A stretch of 64,000 nt of DNA, taken from NCBI GenBank assembly GCA_965644265.1, contig OZ286465.1, positions 18,414,001 through 18,478,000 on the forward strand, read 5' to 3'. The notes under the pieces were generated by a model, which saw nothing but the letters and a program-made list of their open reading frames with translations, did not search any database and had not been told where the DNA came from. Every line of letters begins with the position of its first letter. Within the stretch, counting starts at the first letter, position 1. This document shows positions 47,780-59,716 of this stretch, piece after piece. A program made the translations under genes and the position numbers. Source of the DNA: Glycera tridactyla (lineage: Eukaryota).

Positions 47780-48277
47780 GATAGATCACATATTAGTAGA
47801 TAGACCCGGATAACATCAATTATAGATCACATATTAGTCGATAATAGATCACATATTAGTAGATAGACCCGGATAACATCAATAATAGATCACATATTAG
47901 TCGATAATAGATCACATATTAGTAAATAGACCCGGATAACATCAATTATAGATCACATATTAGTCGATAATAGATCACATATTAGTCAATAATAGATCAC
48001 ATATTAGTCAATAATAGATCACATATTAGTAGATAGACCCGGATAACATCAATAATAGATCACATATTAGTCAATAATAGATCACATATTAGTAAATAGA
48101 CCTGGATAACATCAATAATAGATCACATATTAGTCAATAATAGATCACATATTAGTAAATAGACCCGGATAACATCAATGATAGATCACATGTTAGTCAA
48201 TAATAGATCACATATTAGTCAATAATAGATCACATATTAGTCAATAATAGATCACATATTAGTAGATAGACCCGGAT
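47780..48277 (+). repeat. Composite tandem array of 22-bp (ATAGATCACATATTAGTCAATA) and 41-bp units sharing a 17-bp core
   Basis: Direct inspection. Confidence 0.9.
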
Positions 48278-48628
48278 ACTACCATAACCAAGGAACTTCG
48301 GACCAAGGTCCGAGTGACCACAAATTGATATTCATGAGCAGACATCGTAGGAAATTGCAAAACAAAACAAAAACAATGATAGAATCCGGACAAGGTCTTA
48401 CTGAAAGTACACTGATGAAGCTTTCAAAATGAGCCTAGCGACAATTGACTGGAATGATAGAATCGGATCCAATAATATGAATGAGGTGACAGAAGACTTC
48501 ACATCCAATAAAGATAGCGTAATGGATGAACTGGCCCTATTGAAAGGAATTCCAATTAAAACAAATATTCAGGCATAGGCTGATGGAGATGATGCCTCCA
48601 GGGTGGACCTATGTGGATATTCCAGTCA

Positions 48629-48932
48629 CAAAGCCAATAGGTCACCTAATATTGTTGACATTGAACTAAGAATGGAGGGACTGAGACAGCGAGGACAATT
48701 GAAGAAAGCTCTAAAGAGACAATATGTCTCAAAGCCAATAGGTTACCTAATATTGTTGACATTGAACTAAGAATGGAGGCACTGAGACAGCGAGGACAAT
48801 TGAAGAAAGCTCTGAAGAGACAATATGTCTCAAAGCCAAAAGGTTACCTAATATTGTTGACATTGAACTAAGAATGAAGGCACTGAGACAGCGAGGACAA
48901 TTGAAGAAAGCTCTAAAGAGACAATATGTCTC
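48629..48932 (+). repeat. Three tandem copies of a 101-bp LINE-derived segment
   Basis: AAGCCAA at 48,631, 48,732 and 48,833. Confidence 0.9.
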
Positions 48933-51339
48933 AGATCAATTGAATGAATTCAAAAACGAACAACGCAAGCTGTGGTAAACAATGAAGGATATCTGGCCCC
49001 TGACCCAGAAAACTCAAATATCAACAGCAAATGATGACTTGCGCCCACAAGGAATATACAATGACGATAATTCATATTTCACTAAGGTAGGTGAAAATCT
49101 TGCAACAAAGTTTCAAGATGGATATGATGATGAAAATATGAGAGAGATAGTGAATGATATTTAAGTCCCTCAACATTGACAAGAATTACTGATAAGGACA
49201 AGTTAGGAGCAATAAGCGGTCTGGGTAATTCGCTCTCTGCTGGCATCGATGGCATCACGTCCATGCTGAAATCTCTGGCCCATTTCATAGGCCTGAGAAT
49301 CACACAGTAAGTTCCCGCAAGTACTGAAGAAAGCGATGATCACTGTAATTCACAAAAATGGTAGTCAGTACGATTACGGCAATTTTCGCCCGATCTTGTT
49401 ACTTTCAAATGTTGGCCAAGTCATGGAAAGAGTCGAATACAACCGAATCTATAGTAAAATAGAGTTCAATAACCCACTATAGGAGGCCCAATTCGGTTTC
49501 AGGAGGGTGTCACTCCACTGGCTCATCATTCCTAACAAGCTCGTTAGACGATATATACGAAGGCGCACAGACCGAGTGTGTCTGAAGAAGGCCTTTGACA
49601 AGGTGGATCATATCTTACTGTTGAAATGACTGTGTGATTATGGCTTTGACGAAGGAACTGCAGAATTGTTCATATCATAACCAACAAATATAACCCAAGT
49701 AACGGACCTGAAAAATGTCATATCAAGAAAGTGTAAGTTACGGTGTTCCACATGGCTCAATCCTGGGCCCTGTTCATTTTATACACAAACAAGATACATA
49801 CTGGAATCGCTAGAAGCTGTACTCATCTATATGTGGATGACGCGGCTAGTCCTCATACAAATCGGTCTACCAATGAAATAGAAGACTCATTGAACACAGA
49901 CACAGAAAAATTTGCGAATAGTGAGAAAAAAACTTCAATTCAGTTATAGGAATGTATGCATAAGAGGAATTTGCCAATAGAATTAGAAAATTGAACCAGA
50001 AATCCAATCTATCGTTGATACTAAAATATGAAAATGAGAATACTTGATTGTACAGATCGAATAATGATTACTGACCACCTGAATACCAGGTACCCAGCAT
50101 TAGCTATCTTCAGACGCTTGTGACACTTGCCACCAGATGGGACTAGGGATGTGGGACTACGCTGAAACACCTGGCCACCAGATGTCGTCATACACTACCA
50201 ATATGCCATCAGACCCCAGATGTCACCTCAGATCGAATGGAAAGTTGGATTGAAGACCATCAGTGCATCCGTGCACATTTCACATTGGAGCAAATACTAT
50301 ATCTTTACCAACTATTAGTTGTGTGAAAATATGTTATGTATGTTACAAATGTTGTAGTCAAGACAACAGGTGGTGCAGCAGCATGTAATATGACCCCCGG
50401 GTCGTACGTCTTTTGCCTAATAAAAGTTATAACACAAAACAAACAAACAGCCGATCAGCGGTGATCTTTTCCATTCATCAATACATTGAGCAGTACTACC
50501 AGCAACAGGAGAAGTCATAGGCTCCCACTAAATGTATTCAGAACTGATCGTCGGACTCCTGGATATCGTTGGTGTTAGTGTTGTTGTTGTTGTTGTTCTT
50601 GTCATTGCCACGGTTGCGGTTGTTACCGTTCCTTCCGCCGATGTTTTGCTGCCGGGGCTAGAATGGCTTTATGGGCAGCATCGTCTGCAGCATGTTGGCA
50701 TGGAGAAGTTGCCGAAACCGGACGAGATGAGTGTGAAGGCCATCATTCCACCCCTGTTGATCATGGAGTAAGATGTGCACCACTGCAATTGGCCACATAT
50801 GGCATGATAGCAAGAACCCACAGTGGAAGTTTGGTATTATCTGGTTATTGAACCTTGCCTCTGAAGGGGAGGTTGGTGGAGATCTCCCGCCACACTATGA
50901 CGCCAGTGCTAACATAAACCATAAAATTCGAGGTTGCATGTGAATTTCCTCAGCATTCGTAATGCACTCCCGGAAAAAGTCGTAATACTGGCTCACACCG
51001 CATAAGACATTGAGTCTGACGCCAGTTTCTGTGGAAAACAACAAGTCACGACCGAGACATCTACATTTACATCTACATTTACACAAATGATATCATTTAA
51101 ATAGTGACACTATACAGGAGTCCACATCCCTACTTGCACATCTGTCATGTACATATGACATGGCATTGGGGACCACGCTGAGTATCACAAAAATGGTCTC
51201 TTGAAAGAGGTGGTCTCTTGTCAGGAGGTCTCCCATCTCATATTTCATCACAACACCTCATCGATGTGTCATCGCAGAAAGACATCCGATAGAAAAAAAA
51301 TCAAAACTAGGCATGTACGCCGAAAAAAGGATGCCAGAT

Positions 51340-51560
51340 GAGGTAGGTGGGTGGGTAGGTGGATGGGTAGGTGGATGGGTAGGTAGGTAGGTAGGTAGGT
51401 AGGTGGGTGGGTAGGTAGGTGGGACATTTAGGTGCATGGATGGGTGGGTAGGTGGGTTGGTTGTCGTCGTCGTCCTCGTCCTCGTCGTCGTCGTCGTCGT
51501 CCTCGTCCTTGTCGTCGTCCTCCTCGTCCTCCACTTCCCAGCAACCCACACACCCACCCA
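51340..51560. repeat. (GGTA/GGGT)n and (GTC)n simple repeats
   Basis: Direct inspection. Confidence 0.85.
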
Positions 51561-53640
51561 TCCAAGGTTTTCGGCGAATATTCGATGGATTCTCGAGGTT
51601 TATGCTTGGTTAAAACACAAATTGCTGCCGAGGAATCGATTCGTGCAATCGTTTCAACCATTAGTTTGATATTTGTCGTCTGCTTTTCAATTTCCATCTG
51701 CACGTGGGAGCATCATTTATCCACTACACAGCTGATACAAGAGCTGTCTTACTCTCCAGACCTGACCCGAAATATGTATATTTCACCCATGAAGGAACAG
51801 AGGGTGCGATCAAATGCTCAAATGGCTTCCAGGATTGAAATGCTGAAATATGCATATAATGCAATGAAACATCAGTTTGAAATGAACAGAAAAAAGTAGA
51901 AAATATTCATATCATTAGCAGTGTCATGAGCTAACAAAAAAATTCTGGGAGTAGGAGCCATTTTCATTGAAGAAAGACTCATGAAGAGCTATTCAAGTGA
52001 TCTTTGCAAAGGAGACAAGCATTCACAACAACAGTACAAGATTTCATGGAAATCGGAGCAGTTTGTCATCTTCATTCTTCTACCCCAAAAAAATGTTAAA
52101 TTTTTTTCAATTTGTTCTCATCTAAACTGCAGTCCCAAACAAGAGTGGTAAGAAGGAGGATGCCCGCAAGGCAGGCATCCTTGATTATCAGGCAGGAAAT
52201 GCTATAATAGAAAGTATCGAATTTAATGCTCTCGAAGAAAAATTGAAAAACTTGCTCATCCTGTAATGTATCTCAAGATATTCCATTATATCAAGACTTG
52301 AATCCAATATTTCATTATGTCAAAATCAGTCATGAAGCATCCTTCTTCAAATCATCCTCATCTCGTGTCATCATGACATATCGTATCAGTTTGCATTTGT
52401 TATTCTCGGCTTGGAAATGCTCTCATATGATACAAGCATTTATTCAAATATTCATGTACGAAGAATCAAAGAAGTTTCAATCAATCGATTTAATTGAATG
52501 TAGATACAGAGATAGTTTAGGATAGACTTGCTTTGTCGCTTGCTATATTCCACCGAACGCCCATTCAAATATGGCTACAGGAGGATGCCCACAGTCATGT
52601 GTGACATAGTGAGAGAGGGTACTATGTATAAACTGAAAACTACTAGTAATCTCCAGGTGGAATTCATAAGATTGAAGAGGACATAGGCAACACCATAGCT
52701 GTTCAGCCACTGACAGGATATTTAAATCCCTGGGACCAGACGCAAGGAGGCTGAAACTATTTTTTTCATTCGGGGGGCTTATTCATGGAACTTTCTTCTG
52801 CTTGAAATCAGGCTGTGTATCACTACCAATATCTGTGTATCAGTAGTGTCCGAAAAAGCATGCTACTGGAACAGAGGTATCTATTCGATCCCACCTCAGG
52901 CAACTAATGTAGCACTTCATCTGCTTGAAAAATTGACTGCATAGTGTCTGCACTTTTATTGTTTCACACTTATCTTATTTCAAAATCTCTATTATTATCA
53001 CATCGATTTTCCTAATATCTATATTTGACCATGATGATGTTCCTCCTACCTTATTTTCATCAATCCATGTTGTATACTCTCAATCTTATGTATATTTGCT
53101 CTAAGTTTGGAGAAGATGTGGTTGTATGAAAAAGCATGAGATTTCTATCTGATGCATATTTGCGGTGTGAGGATGAGAAACATATATTATAGGTTCAAAC
53201 ATATTTCACATCGTTCTTTATACAAGATACAACCAGTCATGTCTACAGAGGTAGACAGAGGTCAGTCCTGGTTGCCTACAGCATTGGCATTTGTATACAG
53301 GTGGCCTTTGTAGAGAAGTGATTCAGGTCATGAATCACCACTATCTGTTGTATCATAGAAGGGGCCTTTCTAGGCTGGTGAACCTTGTAGACAGGTGGCC
53401 TTCGAATCACCTTCAACAGAAAGTCCCTTCATCAGAGTGTTTTCATCATACTGTGACATAGAAGATTTCGGTAAATGATGGAAGTCTGCTTCCGTTAATG
53501 TTGGCTGTGAGAAGTTTTCTCCTAAAATGTAGTCTTTCTGTAGGTTACGGACAACAATGCTTTGAAACATGTTGATTGAAATCTAGCAGGCTCAGAGAGA
53601 GAGATTTTCAAGATTGTATTGCAAAAGATCTCAATCAATC

Positions 53641-55562
53641 TGCAGATTTGATCCCACATGAATGTATCGATATCATCCAGTGCAGATTTGATCCCACATG
53701 AATGTATCAATATCATTCACTGCAGATTCGTTCCCACATGAATGAATCGATATCATCCACTGCAGATCTGATCCCACATGAATGTATCAATATCATCCAC
53801 TGCAGATTCGATCCCACATGAATCTATCGATATCATCCACTGCAGATTTTATCCCACATAAATGTATCAATATCATCCACTGCAGATTTGATCCCACATA
53901 AATGTATCAATATCATCCACTGCAGATTTGATCCCAAATAAATGTATCAATATCATTCACTGCAGTTCGATCCCACATGAATGAATCGATATCATCCACT
54001 GCAGATCTGATCCCACATGAATGAATCGATATCATCCAGTGCAGATTTGATCCCACATAAATGTATCAATATCATTCACTGCAGATTCGTTCCCACATGA
54101 ATGAATCGATATCATCCACTGCAGATCTGATCCCACATGAATGTATCAATATCATCCACTGCAGATTCGATCCCACATGAATCTATCGATATCATCCACT
54201 GCAGATTTTATCCCACATAAATGTATCAATATCATCCACTGCAGATTTGATCCCACATAAATGTATCAATATCATCCACTGCAGATTTGATCCCAAATGA
54301 ATGTATCAATATCATTCACTGCAGTTCGATCCCACATGAATGAATCGATATCATCCACTGCAGATCTGATCCCACATGAATGAATCGATATCATCCACTG
54401 CAGATTTGATCCCACATAAATGTATCAATATCATCCACTGCAGATTTGATCCCATATGAATGTATCGATATCATCCACTGCAAATTCGATCCCACATGAA
54501 TGTATCGATATCATCCGCTGCAAATTTGATCCCACAGGAATGTATCGATATCATCCACTGCAGATTTGATCCCACATGAATGTATCGATATCATCCACTG
54601 CAGATTTGACCACACATGAATGTATCGATATCATCCACTGCAGATTCGATCCCACATGAATGTATCAATACCATCCACTGCAGATTCGATCCCACATGAA
54701 TGTATCGATATCATCCACTGCGGATTTGATCCCACATGAATGTATCGATATCATCCACTGCAGATTTGATCCTACATAAATGTATCGATATCATCCACTG
54801 CAGATTTGATCCCACATAAATGTATCAAAATCATCCACTGCAAATTCGATCCCACATGAATGAATCGATATCATCCACTGCAGATTTGATCCCACATGAA
54901 GGTATCGATATCATCCACTTCTGATTTGATCCCACATGAATGCATCGATATCATCCACTGCAGATTTGATCCCACATAAATGTATCAATATCATCCACTG
55001 CAAATTCGATCCCACGTGAATGTATCGATATCACCCACTGCAGATTCGATCCCACATGAATCTATCGATATCATCTACTGCAGATTTGATCCCACATGAA
55101 TGTATCGATATTATCCACTGCAGATTCGATCCCACATGAATGTATCGATATCATCCACTGCAGATCTTATCCCACATGAATGTATCGATATCATTCACTG
55201 CAGATTCGATCCCACATGAATGTATTAATATCATCCACTGCAGATTCGATCCCACATGAATGTATCAATATCATCCACTGCAGATTCGATCCCACATGAA
55301 TGTATTGGTATCATCCACTGCAGATTTGATCCCAGAAGAATGTGTCGATATCATCCACTGCAGATCTGATCCCACATGAATGTATCGATATCATCCACTG
55401 CAGATTTGATCCCACATAAATGTATCGATATCATCCACTGCAGATTTGATCCCACAGGAATGTATCGATATCATCCACTGCAGATTTGATCCCACAGGAA
55501 TGTATCGATATCATTCACTGCAGATTTGATCCTACATGAATGTATCGATATCATCCACTGAT
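53641..55562 (+). repeat. 40-bp minisatellite array B (~48 units; TGCAGATTTGATCCCACATGAATGTATCGATATCATCCAC)
   Basis: 40-bp periodicity, with a 359-bp (9-unit) higher-order duplication in the left part. Confidence 0.97.
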
Positions 55563-55679
55563 TTGCCATTTTGATTGCGAACTTGTATGCATTCATATGC
55601 ATTTTCAATCACAGTCAATGATGATGCGAGATCGACAGTGTGACCTCATTGGAGAAGATATGGAGATCCATCTCCTATC

Positions 55680-55885
55680 TCAACTTGATGGCTGACAAAG
55701 GGCATTGTGTCGCCAGTAACATCTGTGGTCATCCCATGCGCCATTTGTCCACATGTGAACACAATCACGTCTACCATGATCTATGGTATGGAAGTCAGAT
55801 CTCCACCTGTACCATGAGGGAGCGACATTGGTATCTGACCAGCGATAGATACCCTCCTCGTCAATATCGTTCAGACCGAGCCAAG
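55680..55885 (-). CDS. Last coding exon of a secreted C-type lectin domain protein (CTLD C-terminal half)
   Basis: Acceptor TTTTATTTGACAG|CT (phase 1); AWLGLNDIDEEGIYRWSD...DCVHMWTNGAWDDHRCYWRHNALCQPSS*. Confidence 0.88.
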
Positions 55886-57019
55886 CTGTCAAATAAAACA
55901 AACAATGGTCAAAAAAGTGAAGCAGGCGATAATGATCACAACTGTGATTATGGTTAGATCAATTACATGGATATTGATATTGATGGTAATGATTACAAAC
56001 CTCTTGATCATGAGGATTATGGCAATGATATTTTAAGCATTGACATAGCAACTAGAATATCATCATAACATCTTTATCAATGTGACCCACTGGCCACACG
56101 TTGGTAGGTGAGAAAGGGCAAGTGTTGTCGCTATAGTATACATGTTTCCAGTTATACCACATGAGGGAATCGAACATTGACGTATCAGTAGGGACTCATA
56201 GATGAGCTTTTCAACAGCTCAATCACCACATCAACAAACCACTCCTCACAAAATGATACTGAATCATATATTCCATGTGGAATGCTGAGGACCATGCATT
56301 TTCCAATTAAAATAGGATTTTTCGTGTTGAGGACACCATGAGGGCACTATGTACAAAAAAGTACAATATTTTTTACAACTACTTTATGAGTCATTTCTGC
56401 ACACAACTGCGCAGATATTTGAGGAGAGATTGGAACTTTCATGTGTATTACCAACTCGGTCACAAAAAATAATTATCGGTCTTATAGCCCAGATTCATTA
56501 TTTTATGAAATTATTATTGAATAGTATTATTATCACTGTTCATCAAAGTTAGCCTCTATTGATTCAATAGCAGAATATTAGTTATAGACAAACGATATGA
56601 ATGTTGTAGACTATGATTTGTGTTAGTAAAGTTGTATATGTGTTAACTTCATCGTATTGGAGATGCACCCTTGTGGAGCAATTTATAACTTTACATGTTG
56701 ACGAAGAAAAATAAAGAATGAAAACGAAAACGTAAGGAGAAAAGAAACTCGAAGAGACTAGAGTGCAAGTAGCAGAAAAAATTGAAATAATCATTATCGC
56801 GATACTTTCATGGCAGGACTGATTTAAGAAATATATATTCTTACTCTTATGTATAAGTCACAAGAAGAATGTGGATCTATGAAGCATTATGCCACCATGT
56901 AAATATGAATGTGTGACTCTATCAAGTGACTGCATTATAGAAATAACACCTATATTGGTACCAATTACACTCAGTATGATCGGTGCACATACCATTTCTT
57001 GAAGATATGTTGCACCTAC

Positions 57020-57208
57020 CAGTTCCTTGCCTCATATGACTAATGTAATTAGACAGAGCCTTGTTCTTCATCAGACCATCGACAGTGACAAGCATCCCAC
57101 CATTGTTGCGACATGCATTTCTTGCTTGGTTCCATGTCATTCTGCCAGCAATGAACTTGATACAGCTACCATCGTACAGTCTATTGAACGAGTTGTCACA
57201 TGTGTGTC
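57020..57208 (-). CDS. Middle coding exon of the C-type lectin gene (CTLD N-terminal half)
   Basis: Acceptor TTACTTGCAG|GA, donor G|GTAGGT, 189 bp, phase 1-1; HTCDNSFNRLYDGSCIKFIAGRMTWNQARNACRNNGGMLVTV. Confidence 0.88.
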
Positions 57209-58015
57209 CTGCAAGTAATGATATCCAGCTTGGAACAAGTGGATGTAGTGTGGCAAATATATTAGCCGATGTCCTGTGGTTGGTTGTGTCGTTACTGTTA
57301 GTGATGGTGGTGAGTGGTGCTGGTGGTGGTAGTAAAACTGTCAAACTGTCAAACTATAACTTTATTTTCGTGATAAGAAATAACATACATACAAGTCAAC
57401 GTTCAAAAGCAATTGGTATGCATCACATTTCAACATTCGAGTTATTCTTTCATTACTGCAATATGGTCCCTTTATCTGATGAAATATACATGTCAAGCAT
57501 TTACCGCCCCTACTGAGAGGCTATCAGTTACGTTATATACCAAGCAATTCCCAACTACTAGTCGGCTTATTTGAAGTTTGTTTGCGCAAAACGCTATGTC
57601 AATCAAAAATAATATACTTCGGCTTATCAAGTATGCATTACAAAAATAGAAAAAATACTAATAATGTTCTTCGATTGGAAAATTGGGTCAAGGAGAACGA
57701 CATACAAGGAAAAAACAGACAATGAAGAGAAAAAATGAACTGATACAACTAAAAATGACAGGGCAAACAATGTGTATCAGTTATTGTTTTTTCAGCGATT
57801 TCAGACGGGGACCCTTCACTATTTACACTATATACAACATACTAAATTTTGTAGAAATAGTTGTAGTGAGTTTAGGTTATTACTGGTTCTGTGACTTTCT
57901 ACCAGGTCTGTGTTCACTGGAGTCAATATCGAAATATACTGGAATACCTAGTATGATGGGCATAGATATATATATATATATATATATATGATCAAGTCAT
58001 TACGCATTTACCTAC

Positions 58016-58307
58016 CAAACATTTTTTCAAAAGGTGGTGATCCAAGATCTGTTGTCTCAGTAGAGTTGTGACAAATGGCACAGCCACCCTGCACAGTGCC
58101 AAACATGGAGCACTGCAGTTGTTCACATTTGACACCACAGTAGATCAGCCCTCGATTGTATGCATCAGGACATATGGTGCAGCTGACAGGGGCAGGGTGG
58201 CTCGTAAACAAAATGACAGCATAAGTCTGTTCACCGACTGTGATTCTGGTGAAGCTTGTAGTAATGGCCAGCAGGATGATCGCAGCCAGAATGATGTATG
58301 ACATCAT
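58016..58307 (-). CDS. First coding exon of the C-type lectin gene: signal peptide plus Cys-rich (PAN/Apple-like) module
   Basis: Acceptor TTTTATTCCAG 10 nt before the ATG; hydrophobic MMSYIILAAIILLAITTSF; C-x2-C...C-x3-C-x4-C...C-x2-C; donor TTTG|GTAGGT (phase 1). The spliced CDS of 292+189+206 = 687 nt (228 aa) is open. Confidence 0.78.
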
Positions 58308-58734
58308 GCGAAAGGCCCTGGAATAAAAAGCATGAGGCTTTATAAGAAGCTGCCTGAAACCATTTCAGAGGGGTAGTATCGCAGACACGAGTTTCTCCCT
58401 TCATTATTGCTGTGCATATCTCGTCCGAATTCTTTATATCAGCAGCAATTGCACTGAAAGATAATAGTAATCAAATTACCTCTTGACAAGAAAATCCTAA
58501 TGAACCTACTTTCTGTACCTACATCAGCACCATTCAAAATGACCGAATTCAAGATGGCTGCCATGAAGATAGCACAAACTGCCATGATTCTGGTGTTGCT
58601 CGGTACAGGCATACATTTCTGTGTAGCTCGATGGTAGATCAGCACCACGTGTCAGGTCAGGTCAAATCATGATATTGGTTTGTCTCTGGCTAGATGATTT
58701 CATCCCGCAGCAAATTCTTCACACTGGAAAGATC

Positions 58735-58950
58735 GAGAGAGAGAGGGAGACAGATAGAGAAACAGACAGATGGACAGACAGATGGGTGGATAGACAGATG
58801 GACATACGGACAGATGTATGAAGAGGCAGACCGATACATGGATGATGGATGGATGTACATGTGGATGGACAGACAGATGGATGGAGACAAACTGATGGAC
58901 AAACAAACTGATGAGGTACAGACAGACAGACAGTCAGACAGACAAACAGA
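58735..58950. repeat. (GACA/GATG)n tetranucleotide repeats
   Basis: Direct inspection. Confidence 0.85.
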
Positions 58951-59601
58951 GCGCAAGAGGAACATTCTAATTCAACGTATCATCGAAACCTCTCATGGTC
59001 CTGTCGATCATCGGATAGAATGTCTATTTTCGACCGACTGACCAACCAATCAACCACCAAATCAAACGTTTGATTGTGCAGCATCAGTGATCACATCTCA
59101 AATGTCTACTCTTCTCAGGACTTTTCAGATGGAGATTCCATCATGGGATAAGCGTGATGTGCCATCCTGAGCTCATTTACAAATGTGAGAATGATAAAGA
59201 TGTCGGTCACATTTGCATTTGATAGAATTCTGAACACATTTTCTCATCTATTAGTTGATGTGTATAAACATTGTTGCAGGCCACCGTCGGCAATCACTTG
59301 ACTATATGTTCAGTGTTCCCCATCGATTGCAATGTCCGCGCTATAAATGTTTGCATGCAGTAGATTCATTTTGTTATATGTGACCTATGAAGATATCTCA
59401 TTCCTTTATAAGTGACATATAAATTGTTGTCATTTATAATTAAGTGGCATATGAACACAAACCAGAAGAGATAAAAGGTTTGCCAAGCTTAGATGCATTT
59501 GGTCCTTCACCTGAAATCTACGGACTATCATGGCGTAGAATGGGCTAGAATGATCACTGGTTGTAAAGCAGATGTAGCATTTATTTCATCTATCTTAAAA
59601 T

Positions 59602-59716
59602 GCTTACCTTACCTCTGAAATTGAGGACAGCACTATCTTGAAAATTGGCAGGTGATAATATTAGCAATAGCGGCAAGCGATTGTTGAAGTGTTTATATAT
59701 GTCCAGTGTTTATATA
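59602..59716 (-). promoter_or_regulatory. Candidate promoter and non-coding first exon of the lectin gene
   Basis: Two TATATAAA on the minus strand (59,692-99; 59,709-16) and tandem donors AG|GTAAG|GTAAGC at 59,612/59,607. No ATG between them. Confidence 0.5.

Larger units (their letters stand above)
46840..50050 (+). mobile_element. Heavily decayed CR1/L2-type LINE ORF2 with later internal insertions and expansions
   Basis: Remnant motifs in changing frames: IASYNIRSI (~46,865), IIIGDMKID (~47,230), FRPILLLSN (~49,385), QFGFR (~49,490), LKKAFDKVDH (~49,585), VPHGSILGP (~49,745), LYVDD (~49,828). Confidence 0.85.

Noticed and set aside
50510-50860. GC-rich, Asn/Thr-rich possible exon on the minus strand downstream of the lectin gene
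   Set aside because: In-frame stops in all three frames and no recognisable domain or clean splice pair.
53641-55562. Common origin of minisatellites A and B (both 40 bp, shared CTGCAGA..TTGAT..CAC..TCAAT)
   Set aside because: Similarity needs gaps and is too low to separate from chance by eye.
58553-58636. Plus-strand signal-peptide-like ORF MAAMKIAQTAMILVLLG
   Set aside because: Stops after 27 codons with only a weak donor. The CAAGATGGC.GCC context resembles a dispersed repeat (1,113; 61,968), and no downstream exon was found.
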